Positions 54,778 to 63,324 of a stretch of 64,000 nt of DNA are shown here, piece by piece (the stretch's first letter is position 1; the number at the start of each line of letters is the position of its first letter). The stretch covers positions 16,676 through 80,675 of the forward strand of contig JAACWB010000005.1 in assembly GCA_009992215.1 (NCBI GenBank), in the 5' to 3' direction. Under the pieces are notes generated by a model, which was given only the letters and a program-made list of their open reading frames with translations, ran no database searches and was not told where the DNA came from. The translations under genes were made by a program, and so were the position numbers. The stretch is from an archaeon. Lineage in GTDB: Archaea > Nanobdellota > Nanobdellia > Pacearchaeales > GW2011-AR1.

Positions 54778-55236
54778 ATGGCACAAGAAAGCAGAGAAAA
54801 CAGAGTAGTAAGAATCTTATCAAAAGATATTGAAGGTAAAATGAAATTATATCCTGGATTAACAAAAATCAAGGGAGTTTCATGGGCACTTTCAAATGCA
54901 GTTTGTCAAATTTTAAATTTAGACAAAGCAATGAAGATTGGTCAATTAACTGAAGAACAAATTAAAAAAGTTGAAGCTTTTTTGAAAAATCCTGAAGTTC
55001 CTGAATATATTTTGAATAGAAGAAATGATTTTGAATCTGGAATCAATAAACATTTAATTGGTACTGATTTAGAATTAACTGTTGAATTTGATATTAAAAG
55101 ACTTAAGAAAATTAAATCTTACAGAGGATACAGACATATGGCTGGACTTCCAATGAGAGGTCAAAGAACTAAGTCAAACTTCAGAAGATTTAGAAGAAAA
55201 GGTGCTGGAATTAAGAAGAAAGGAGAAAAGAAATAA
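54778..55236 (+). CDS. rps13: 30S ribosomal protein uS13
   Basis: RILSKDIEGKMKLYPGLTKIKGV...YRGYRHMAGLPMRGQRTKSN. Confidence 0.9.
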   Translation: MAQESRENRVVRILSKDIEGKMKLYPGLTKIKGVSWALSNAVCQILNLDKAMKIGQLTEEQIKKVEAFLKNPEVPEYILNRRNDFESGINKHLIGTDLELTVEFDIKRLKKIKSYRGYRHMAGLPMRGQRTKSNFRRFRRKGAGIKKKGEKK

Positions 55237-55244
55237 AATAGAAA

Positions 55245-55739
55245 ATGAAGAGAAGACATAAAATTTATTCAAGACCAAAAAGACCTTTTGACAAGGCTAG
55301 AATCGAAGAAGAAGTAGTTATTGTTAAGGAATATGGTTTGAAAAATAAAAGAGAAATTTGGAAAGCAGAAGCGAAAATTCGTTCAATGAGACAAAAGGCA
55401 AAGAAATTAATTACTGCCTCAGCTGAAGAACAAGAAGCATTATTTGCAAGATTGAAAAAAATTGGAATGAATGTTAATACAATTGCTGATATTTTAGGAT
55501 TAGACAAAACAGATTATTTGAATAGAAGACTTCAAACAATTGTTGCAGTAAAAGGACTTGCTACAACTCCAAAAACAGCAAGACAAATGATTACTCATAA
55601 AAAAATACTAGTGAATGGAAATGTTGTTGATACACCTTCATATATTGTTCCAGTTGAATTTGAAAGTACAATTGAAATTAAACAAAAAACTAAAAAACCA
55701 GTTTCAGAAAAGAAAGAAGAAACTGTAGAACAAGAATAA
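55245..55739 (+). CDS. rps4: 30S ribosomal protein uS4
   Basis: YSRPKRPFDKARIEEE...YGLKNKREIWK...RLQTIV (S4 domain). Confidence 0.9.
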   Translation: MKRRHKIYSRPKRPFDKARIEEEVVIVKEYGLKNKREIWKAEAKIRSMRQKAKKLITASAEEQEALFARLKKIGMNVNTIADILGLDKTDYLNRRLQTIVAVKGLATTPKTARQMITHKKILVNGNVVDTPSYIVPVEFESTIEIKQKTKKPVSEKKEETVEQE

Positions 55740-55740
55740 A

Positions 55741-56241
55741 ATGACAAAGAAAGAAATTATTGACGAAGAAAAAATTGAACTTCCAGAAATGGAAGAGGAT
55801 ACTGATGAAGAACTTGAAGTTAAAGAAGAATTTAAAGTTGAAGGTCCAAAGAAAGTTACTGTTTGTAAAGAATCAGAAGCTGTAATTAACATTTATACTT
55901 CTTTTAACAACACAATTGTTCATGTAACTGACATGAGTGGAAAAACAATTTCAAAAGTTACTGGTGGAATGGTTACAAAACATAATCGTCTTAAAGCTAA
56001 CCCAACAATTGCTATGTTTATTTCAAAAAGAATTGCTGAAGAAGTTAAAGATTTAGGAATCAAATCATTTTACGTTAGAATTAGAGCAAAAACAAGAAAT
56101 CCTGCTCCAGGACCTGGTGCACATACAATTGTTAAATCATTAACAAGAGAAGGATTTAAGATTTTGAATATTTTAGACACAACTAGAAATCCTAGAGGTG
56201 GACCTAAGAAGAAAGGTGGACGTAGAGGTCGTAGACCATAA
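55741..56241 (+). CDS. rps11: 30S ribosomal protein uS11 with an acidic N-terminal extension
   Basis: INIYTSFNNTIVHVTDMSGKTISKVTGGM...PGPGAHTIVKSL. About 40 aa of Glu/Asp-rich sequence precede it. Confidence 0.9.
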   Translation: MTKKEIIDEEKIELPEMEEDTDEELEVKEEFKVEGPKKVTVCKESEAVINIYTSFNNTIVHVTDMSGKTISKVTGGMVTKHNRLKANPTIAMFISKRIAEEVKDLGIKSFYVRIRAKTRNPAPGPGAHTIVKSLTREGFKILNILDTTRNPRGGPKKKGGRRGRRP

Positions 56242-56284
56242 GTCTTAAAAATTAAATTAGATAACTAAAAATATATATTAGAAA

Positions 56285-56992
56285 ATGCAAATTATAAAAA
56301 AATCAGACGAAAAATTGGTATTTACTGCACAAGTGACTGAAAGTTTAGCTAATTCAATTAGAAGAAGTGTTGGTTTAATTCCAGTTATGGCAATTGATGA
56401 ATTAGAAATTGCAAAAAACGATTCTGCTTTATACGATGAAACATTAGCTCACAGAGTTGGGCTTGTTCCTTTGAAAATGTCTAAAGATATCAAAGAAGAT
56501 ACTGTTTTGAAATTAAAATTGAACAAGAAAGGTCCAGGATATGTTTATTCAAAAGATCTTAATGGTGATTGCGACGTTGTTTATTCAGAAATTCCTTTAA
56601 CTTTGCTTAAGGAAGGTCAAGAAGTTAAAATTACTGCTATAACTAAAGTTGGTTATGGAAAGGATCATGCTAAATTTGCTCCAGGATTATTAGTTTATAG
56701 AAACGCTTGTGAAATCACATTACCAAAAAAACATAAAGAAATTATTTCAAAAACATTTCCAGAAAATACAATTAAGGAAAAAGGCGAAAATATTATTATA
56801 AAAGACGACAAGGAAAAATCATTGATTGATTTTTGCGAGGGACTTTGTAAGAAAGATGATGACAATTGTGAAGTGAAAGACACAAGTGAATTGGTTTTTA
56901 CAATTGAATCTTTTGGTCAAATTAGTGCAAGTGAAATTTTCAAGCAAGCAATTGAGGGTTTGAAAAAAGAATTGAAATCTTTGAAATTGTAA
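56285..56992 (+). CDS. rpoD: DNA-directed RNA polymerase subunit D (Rpo3)
   Basis: SLANSIRRSVGLIPVMAIDELEIAKNDSALYDETLAHRVGLVPL; synteny S13-S4-S11-RpoD. Confidence 0.85.
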   Translation: MQIIKKSDEKLVFTAQVTESLANSIRRSVGLIPVMAIDELEIAKNDSALYDETLAHRVGLVPLKMSKDIKEDTVLKLKLNKKGPGYVYSKDLNGDCDVVYSEIPLTLLKEGQEVKITAITKVGYGKDHAKFAPGLLVYRNACEITLPKKHKEIISKTFPENTIKEKGENIIIKDDKEKSLIDFCEGLCKKDDDNCEVKDTSELVFTIESFGQISASEIFKQAIEGLKKELKSLKL

Positions 56993-57063
56993 GAAGGTTT
57001 TTTTATTTAAATTCTAAATTTTTTTATATAAATTAATATAAACGAAGATTATTTTTTTTATTT

Positions 57064-57540
57064 ATGAGAATTTTGTCAAGAGAAGAAGCAAATTTTTTTA
57101 TTAAAGAGTGTATTTCTGTTGCAAAGAAAGCAACTTGCTCTCGTTTTAAATGTGGAAGTATAATTGTTAAGGACGGAAAAATAATAGGAAGTGGTTTTAA
57201 TTCTCCGCCAAAGGACCTAGAGAGTCAAAGAAGGTGTTTTAATTCTAAGGCTGATTATGATGTGAAAGTTACGGATAAAACTTGTTGTGTTCACGCTGAA
57301 CAAAGGGCGATGTTTGATTCTCTACGAAGGAACCCTAAAAAAATTAAAGGAAGTACCTTATATTTTGTTAGAATTAATGAAGAAGGTGAAGTTCTTTTTG
57401 CGGGAAAACCTTATTGTACTATTTGTTCAAAGATGGCACTTGACATTGGAATAAAAGAGTTTGTTTTATTTCACGAAGACAAAGCAATAGCTTATGAAGT
57501 GGAAGAATATAATAATTTTAGTTATGGGTATTTCAGTTAA
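57064..57540 (+). CDS. dCMP deaminase (cytidine/deoxycytidylate deaminase family)
   Basis: Zinc motifs CVHAEQRA (HAE) and PYCTICSKM (PCxxC). Confidence 0.85.
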   Translation: MRILSREEANFFIKECISVAKKATCSRFKCGSIIVKDGKIIGSGFNSPPKDLESQRRCFNSKADYDVKVTDKTCCVHAEQRAMFDSLRRNPKKIKGSTLYFVRINEEGEVLFAGKPYCTICSKMALDIGIKEFVLFHEDKAIAYEVEEYNNFSYGYFS

Positions 57541-57588
57541 TTTTACAAAAAAATTTGGCAGGGTTTTTCAGAAAATTTTGCAAAAAAA

Positions 57589-57610
57589 AGGACAACTGTT
57601 AAGCTGTCCT
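57589..57610. terminator. Bidirectional hairpin between convergent genes
   Basis: AGGACA-(10 nt)-TGTCCT, flanked by an A tract (57582-57588) and a T tract (57611-57617). Confidence 0.45.
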
Positions 57611-57626
57611 TTTTTTAATTTGTTAA

Positions 57627-58064
57627 TTATTTTATTACCCAAATAAAATCCATCTGGGTAAAGTAAATTATTATCCAAAGAAAAAGTGTGTAGATTACTG
57701 AAAAATATAATCCTTTTATCACGCCTTCTTTTTTGTCAACTTCCCGATAAGTTTTTACTGAACCAACAATAAAAACTGCAAGAAGCGTTAATGCAATTCC
57801 CCGGCATAAATCAACATTTTTAATTCCAAGGTCATTAATCCATGCAAGGAACCACAGCAAACCAGAATAAATCCAAATTGCATGCAAATTTTTCTTGTTA
57901 CTAAAAAAGGATTTTAATGAGTAAAGAATAAATCCCCCTAACATTAATTTTGAAAGAAGACTTATTTCACGAGGAATTTCTTTTGAGCTATTCAAGAAGA
58001 TATATACCAAAGCGAAAGCTCCAAGAATAACAAAAAATTTGTCAATGATTTTTTCTGTTTTCAT
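57627..58064 (-). CDS. Hypothetical 4-TM membrane protein
   Basis: ORF with four hydrophobic segments. Last gene of the tightly packed minus-strand block. Confidence 0.45.
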   Translation of the reverse strand: MKTEKIIDKFFVILGAFALVYIFLNSSKEIPREISLLSKLMLGGFILYSLKSFFSNKKNLHAIWIYSGLLWFLAWINDLGIKNVDLCRGIALTLLAVFIVGSVKTYREVDKKEGVIKGLYFSVIYTLFLWIIIYFTQMDFIWVIK

Positions 58065-58067
58065 TTA

Positions 58068-58559
58068 TTATTTTTTAGATTTGTTAATTAATTGCTCTAA
58101 CCAGTTTTTCAGAAAATTGAATTCTGGATTTCTTTCAAGATTGTTTAAAACAAATTCATGACGATGAATCAATTCCTCAAAAGGAATTTCTTCTCCTTTA
58201 TTGTAAGATGCTTTAATTGAATCCAAAACTAGCCGAGCATAATGGTTTGACATTTTTTCTACTTCTTTTTCTAAATCGGTTTCTTTGGAATAGTTTACAG
58301 AAGGAAGATTTAGTTGAAACAAAAAACTTTCTGAATATAAATAACATTTATATCTACTTTGAATAAAATATTCCGAATTTCCTTCAGAAGGATTTTTGTA
58401 TTTTTCTATTAAATCAAAAATTCTATCTAAAGAAAGAGGAGGAATATTTTTCTGTCCGTTATTTGTTTTAACTTCAAGTGAATTTTCTAATACCCTTTCA
58501 AATAAATCAATCATTAAAGGGGCTGAACCAATTCTTTCATTTAATATTTTGTTTGGCAT
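58068..58559 (-). CDS. Hypothetical soluble protein (163 aa)
   Basis: ORF; 1-nt gap to the upstream gene. Confidence 0.45.
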   Translation of the reverse strand: MPNKILNERIGSAPLMIDLFERVLENSLEVKTNNGQKNIPPLSLDRIFDLIEKYKNPSEGNSEYFIQSRYKCYLYSESFLFQLNLPSVNYSKETDLEKEVEKMSNHYARLVLDSIKASYNKGEEIPFEELIHRHEFVLNNLERNPEFNFLKNWLEQLINKSKK

Positions 58560-58560
58560 T

Positions 58561-59196
58561 TTATTTAATTTTAAAAAGTTGAATATTTAATCCAGCAGAA
58601 AGAGAAAGAACACCAAAATCAATTTTGTCTTTGAATTTATTTTCACCTTCGATTATGTAATAATCATAATCTAGTAGTATGAACAATTCAAATGGCTGGC
58701 AACAAAAATTTGCTCCGATTCCGATTCCAAGTAATGAACCTGCACCTTTTGATTCGGTAAACAATTCTTTATTTGATGGGACTTCTCTTGCTTTTGTATA
58801 TCCCCCTCTTAAAGAAAGGAAAGGATAGACTTCAGAGAGAACAGGTTTTTTTGAAACTATTTTTGATTCAAGCCCATATGTATTGAAAGATAAATCAAAA
58901 GTTTCTTCGCTGAATCCATATTCTTCTTCAAGCCAAAGATAATCTGTTACATAAGAAAAATTATAGAACGCGAATATTTCTAAATTGTCAAGTCTTACAC
59001 CGCCCCTTAAACTCAAAGTTGCTGGATACAATTCATACTGTTCGGCTAATTTTCCAGAGAGTATTTTAGAAGAACCAAATTCTCCTCCCACAACAAAAGA
59101 TAATTTTGTTGTGTCTTTTAATTCAGTATTAAAACACTGAGAAAAAGAAGGGAGGGAGAACATAATAACAATTGAAATTAAAATTAATTTTTTCAT
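58561..59196 (-). CDS. Secreted beta-rich protein, small beta-barrel/porin-like (tentative)
   Basis: Signal peptide MKKLILISIVIMFSLPSFSQ. Alternating hydrophobic pattern, Gly/aromatic-rich, ending LSAGLNIQLFKIK. Confidence 0.5.
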   Translation of the reverse strand: MKKLILISIVIMFSLPSFSQCFNTELKDTTKLSFVVGGEFGSSKILSGKLAEQYELYPATLSLRGGVRLDNLEIFAFYNFSYVTDYLWLEEEYGFSEETFDLSFNTYGLESKIVSKKPVLSEVYPFLSLRGGYTKAREVPSNKELFTESKGAGSLLGIGIGANFCCQPFELFILLDYDYYIIEGENKFKDKIDFGVLSLSAGLNIQLFKIK

Positions 59197-59198
59197 AA

Positions 59199-60272
59199 TT
59201 ATTTGTTTTTTATAAGAACTCTTGCTTGCGTGGCATATGTTGAAATTATTCGTCCAGGATTATAGAATATCTTTTCTTTAGGAAAAGAAACATCTACTGA
59301 ATTGTTTGAGAGATTGATTAATCGTGCCAAATATTTCCCTTTTAATTTTATTTCTTTAAAATTGTTTTGTGTTTTATTAAAAAAATATTCTACCAATTCT
59401 TCATCACTTGCATTTTCAAAAAATTCTTCCTCTTTCTTTTCTTGTTTTCTTTTAAAATAATATCTTATTTCTGCAATAATAAAAGAAATTGCATAAGAAA
59501 ATAATGTCCATAAATAAAATTGTAATAAGTATTCATTTGGAATTTTACTTCCAAGAGGACTAATTTTTTGTAAAAGATATAATGCAATAAAGAAAAGAGG
59601 TATCAGTAAAATAGAAAAAACAGTGAAAGATTTAATTATCTTTTCTGAATTAGAGAGAATAACTAAAAACACTATTCCTACAAATATCAAGGAAAATTCT
59701 ATTGTTATTACAAATACTTCAATTGTAATTGAATTTGATAAATAGAAAAAGAAAGATACAATCAAAATTGATATTCCCTCAAACAAATAAAAGAATTTTT
59801 TTCTTCTGAATAATGGGCGACTCTCCCATACGCTGTTTAAAGAAAAATTGTACCAAAAGCCTTTATTGAATCCTAAAGACAGAACAAACACAAGGAAAAA
59901 CGAAAGCCACAGTTCAGAATATTTCCAGTTAGAGGAAAAGGGTTTATCTACAACAGAATAACCGTCTTTTTCATTGTAATAAAATTTTGTGATTACTCCT
60001 TGTGAAATTATTCTTGAAGGAAAAAAAGATTGAATAAAAGTTGTATCAGTTTCTTTTTTCTCCAAGTAACCAATTTTAAACAAACGCACTGTTTCATATT
60101 TGTCTAAACAGAAGGGGTAAATTTCAAGAGTATCAAGGGTTTCTGTTTTAATTGTTTTTCTCACAAGAACCATATTTTTTTGACATAATGTGTCAAATAA
60201 GATTATGTCTTCTTGACTGAAAACCAAAAATCCTGAAACCAATAAATAAATTAAAATAATTAGTTTTTTCAT
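59199..60272 (-). CDS. Hypothetical membrane protein: signal peptide, extracytoplasmic domain, about 6 TM, charged C-terminal domain
   Basis: MKKLIILIYLLVSGFLVFSQ, hydrophobic core at residues about 125-265, then KRKQEKKEEEFFENASDEE. Confidence 0.5.
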   Translation of the reverse strand: MKKLIILIYLLVSGFLVFSQEDIILFDTLCQKNMVLVRKTIKTETLDTLEIYPFCLDKYETVRLFKIGYLEKKETDTTFIQSFFPSRIISQGVITKFYYNEKDGYSVVDKPFSSNWKYSELWLSFFLVFVLSLGFNKGFWYNFSLNSVWESRPLFRRKKFFYLFEGISILIVSFFFYLSNSITIEVFVITIEFSLIFVGIVFLVILSNSEKIIKSFTVFSILLIPLFFIALYLLQKISPLGSKIPNEYLLQFYLWTLFSYAISFIIAEIRYYFKRKQEKKEEEFFENASDEELVEYFFNKTQNNFKEIKLKGKYLARLINLSNNSVDVSFPKEKIFYNPGRIISTYATQARVLIKNK

Positions 60273-60294
60273 AACGATAAAAGTTTTTAGTTAG

Positions 60295-60765
60295 TTATTT
60301 TAATTTTATTTGAACCACTTCCAAATCAATTATATTCTCTGAGGGTCCAGATTTTTCAATAATAAAATAATATTCACTTTGTTTTTCATTCCATTCTTTT
60401 TCAAATTGAGTGGAAGTTTTTTTCCATTCTCTTTCAAAGTTAAATATCGCCATTAATTTGTCTATTGTTGGCGCAGATTCTGAATCTGAATATTTATCTA
60501 TTTTTAATTTAACTTGAAAAAGGGTGGGACTTTTTTCATATTTATTTTCTTTAATCATAGAAATAAATCCTCTACGAGGAACAAGCAATTTTACTTCTTT
60601 TGGAACATCTTTACTTTCAAATATATTTACATAATCTGAAAAAGAAATGATCCCTTCAAAAGAACTAATGTGTTTTTTGAAATTTTCTTCTGTTGCTTGA
60701 ATTAAGCCTTCATGTACTTTTCTTGCAAAATACAAAACGGTCAAGTAATAATTTGTTGTTTTCAT
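60295..60765 (-). CDS. Hypothetical soluble protein (156 aa)
   Basis: ORF only. Confidence 0.45.
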   Translation of the reverse strand: MKTTNYYLTVLYFARKVHEGLIQATEENFKKHISSFEGIISFSDYVNIFESKDVPKEVKLLVPRRGFISMIKENKYEKSPTLFQVKLKIDKYSDSESAPTIDKLMAIFNFEREWKKTSTQFEKEWNEKQSEYYFIIEKSGPSENIIDLEVVQIKLK

Positions 60766-60794
60766 AATTTTAGATTTATTTTAGTTAATGTTAA

Positions 60795-61250
60795 TTAATT
60801 TAAATTTATTGATAATCCTAATTTTATCTCGGGATAATTTCCAATTTTGTTAAAACAGTATCTTGGTAGAATTAAAATTCTCGTTCTGTTATTTATCGGC
60901 ATCCCTATTTTGATATAGGTTGCATTCGATAATTCTCCTCCACCAATTCCAAATTTTATTCCTGGTTCAAGAAGCAAATTTGAAGAAGTGATATATTCAT
61001 AACCCAGCCCAAACATAAAATTATCAAAATTTTTGTAATGCTCGTAAGAAAAATTTAAGACAAAATCTTTTGCCCAATAAACAAAATAATTTTTTGTTTT
61101 AAATTCTCTTAATGTTATTGAGAGATTTGTTTCATAATCTGTTATGAATTGAGGGATATTTGTTGTTAAGTCCAATCTTTTAATAGATTGAGAATTTGAA
61201 GTTATGTTTATTCCTAGAACAAACATGAAAATTAAAATTGCTTTTTTCAT
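60795..61250 (-). CDS. Secreted beta-rich protein (tentative small beta-barrel)
   Basis: Signal peptide MKKAILIFMFVLGINITSNSQ; ends EIKLGLSINLN. Confidence 0.5.
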   Translation of the reverse strand: MKKAILIFMFVLGINITSNSQSIKRLDLTTNIPQFITDYETNLSITLREFKTKNYFVYWAKDFVLNFSYEHYKNFDNFMFGLGYEYITSSNLLLEPGIKFGIGGGELSNATYIKIGMPINNRTRILILPRYCFNKIGNYPEIKLGLSINLN

Positions 61251-61280
61251 TAAATTTTGTTTTTAGTTAATATTAATTTA

Positions 61281-62081
61281 TTATTCATTTTTAATTTCTG
61301 AACATTCAAAATATTTATTATACTCTTTGAAAATTAAATTATTTGATTTTTTAGAAATTTCACAGGCATTTTCTAATCTTTCTTTTGTTGTTTCACTTGT
61401 TTTTCCCCAATAAATTGAAGCTCGCAAAACATTTGATTTATCTTCCATAACCCCTTCAAATGAGCAATTTCCACCAAACCAGGGAGTTTGTATACGATAA
61501 AAATCTTCCCCTGATATTGGATGAGAATGAATTGCAATTAATTGATTTTCAAATTTGTAAATAAAATATCCAGAGGAATCAATTATTTCCAATTTGTATG
61601 CTTTTTCAAATTTTATTTTTAACCCAAAATTATTTGCAATTACTGTGTCTTTTGTCGAGGTTAAATATACTCCATAATTTATTTCTCCTTGTTTATGAAC
61701 TAAATCGTCATCATGAGTATACGGACAAATGTAGAGGGTTGAATCATAATATTTGAAAGCCCATCTTCCTGAATTTTTCATGTGACTTCCCAAAACTTCA
61801 CTTGTTAATCCTCCAATTTTATTCCAATCTCCATTACATCCTTCAATTAATTCTTCATGTTTATGATTCTTGTCAATTAAAACATAATAGGACCAAACAG
61901 AAGAACTTTGTATTGAAAAAGGTGTTTTCATTCCATCTGAAGTTTCTATTCTATATTCATGATTTCCCACTTCAACTGTAAACTTTGAAATATCTGAAAA
62001 ATCGTAATCAAACAATTCCAAAATTTCTTCACAAGAAAAAAATAATAAAGTTGAAATTAAAATTAAAAATAATTTTTTCAT
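61281..62081 (-). CDS. Putative lipoprotein (266 aa)
   Basis: MKKLFLILISTLLFFSCEE, a lipobox-like L-F-F-S-C. Confidence 0.5.
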   Translation of the reverse strand: MKKLFLILISTLLFFSCEEILELFDYDFSDISKFTVEVGNHEYRIETSDGMKTPFSIQSSSVWSYYVLIDKNHKHEELIEGCNGDWNKIGGLTSEVLGSHMKNSGRWAFKYYDSTLYICPYTHDDDLVHKQGEINYGVYLTSTKDTVIANNFGLKIKFEKAYKLEIIDSSGYFIYKFENQLIAIHSHPISGEDFYRIQTPWFGGNCSFEGVMEDKSNVLRASIYWGKTSETTKERLENACEISKKSNNLIFKEYNKYFECSEIKNE

Positions 62082-62154
62082 TGTTATTTTTTTAGTTAGT
62101 TAATGTTAATTGAGTTTATTTTGTTACAATTTAATGTATAATTATTTTCAAAAG

Positions 62155-62184
62155 AAAAAAGCTTCTCTAGAAGAGAAGCTTTTG
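62155..62184 (-). terminator. Hairpin terminator after thyA
   Basis: A tract, GCTTCTC-TAGAA-GAGAAGC, T tract. Lies 6 nt beyond the thyA stop. Confidence 0.55.
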
Positions 62185-62189
62185 ATTAA

Positions 62190-62984
62190 TTAAACTGATA
62201 TCTCTCCTTTAATATTTGGATGAGGATTATATCCTTCCAATTGAAAATCATCAAATTCGAATGAAAAAATATCTTTTTTATTCGGATTGATTTTTAGTAT
62301 CGGCAACTCTCTTGGTTCTCTTGACAATTGCAATTTTACTTGTTCGTAATGATTTTTGTAAATATGTGCATCACCCAAAGTATGAATAAATTCGTATGGC
62401 TCCAGTCCTGTAGCTTGTGCAATCATCTTTAATAAAATAGCATACGAAGCTATGTTAAACGGAACTCCTAAAAATATATCGGCACTTCGCTGGTATAATT
62501 GACAAGATAGTTTTCCATCAGCAACATAGAATTGAAAAAGAATGTGACATGGAGGAAGTGCCATATTTTTTATATCAGCAACATTCCACGCACTTACAAT
62601 ATGCCGACGTGAATCAGGATTATTTTTAATTGAGTGAATAATTTCAGAAATTTGGTCTATATGTTGTCCATTTGGTGCTGGCCATGAACGCCATTGATAT
62701 CCATAAATATTTCCAAGGTCTCCGTCTTCATTTGCCCACTCATCCCAAATCTTTACACCATGATCATTTAGATACTTAATATTTGTATCTCCTTTCAAGA
62801 ACCAAAGAAGTTCATAAATTATTGATTTTAAGTGTAGCTTTTTTGTTGTGAGTAAGGGAAACCCGTTTTGTAAATTAAAACGCATTTGATAACCAAAAGT
62901 ACTTTTTGTTCCAGTTCCTGTTCTATCACTTTTTTCTATGCCATTTTTCATGACATGGTCAAGCAAGCCTAAGTATTGTTTCAT
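62190..62984 (-). CDS. thyA: Thymidylate synthase ThyA
   Basis: [36 protein letters not shown]...[12 protein letters not shown]...[14 protein letters not shown], the classical ThyA motifs. Confidence 0.95.
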   Translation of the reverse strand: MKQYLGLLDHVMKNGIEKSDRTGTGTKSTFGYQMRFNLQNGFPLLTTKKLHLKSIIYELLWFLKGDTNIKYLNDHGVKIWDEWANEDGDLGNIYGYQWRSWPAPNGQHIDQISEIIHSIKNNPDSRRHIVSAWNVADIKNMALPPCHILFQFYVADGKLSCQLYQRSADIFLGVPFNIASYAILLKMIAQATGLEPYEFIHTLGDAHIYKNHYEQVKLQLSREPRELPILKINPNKKDIFSFEFDDFQLEGYNPHPNIKGEISV

Positions 62985-63053
62985 AAGATTTTTGTTTACA
63001 AAAATCTAGCTGGAATCTAGAAGCTGGAAGCTTGAAGTCCAGGCTAGACTTGG

Positions 63054-63263
63054 TTAAAAATTATTTTTATTTATTCTTTCATTTAGTGCTTCTTTGAAGT
63101 CTGGATGAATCTCTTGTGAATTTATACATTCTTCTAGTTCTTCTTTATTTTCACATAAAGAGATTTCGTTTAAAATTAGTACAAATTCATCGTCATCAAT
63201 CATTCCTTTTTCTCTTAATTTTGAATAATTGACTAAATTTTCAAAAAAGTTTTCTTTTTTCAT
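63054..63263 (-). CDS. Hypothetical small acidic protein (69 aa)
   Basis: ORF only. Confidence 0.35.
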   Translation of the reverse strand: MKKENFFENLVNYSKLREKGMIDDDEFVLILNEISLCENKEELEECINSQEIHPDFKEALNERINKNNF

Positions 63264-63280
63264 AATTTTAATTTTAAAAA

Positions 63281-63304
63281 AACTTCTCCAGTTAAGGAGA
63301 AGTT
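63281..63304 (-). terminator. Hairpin between the lipoprotein gene and the 69-aa ORF
   Basis: AACTTCTCC-AGTTAA-GGAGAAGTT with flanking A and T tracts. Confidence 0.5.
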
Positions 63305-63324
63305 TTTGGTTAAATTAAATTGAT

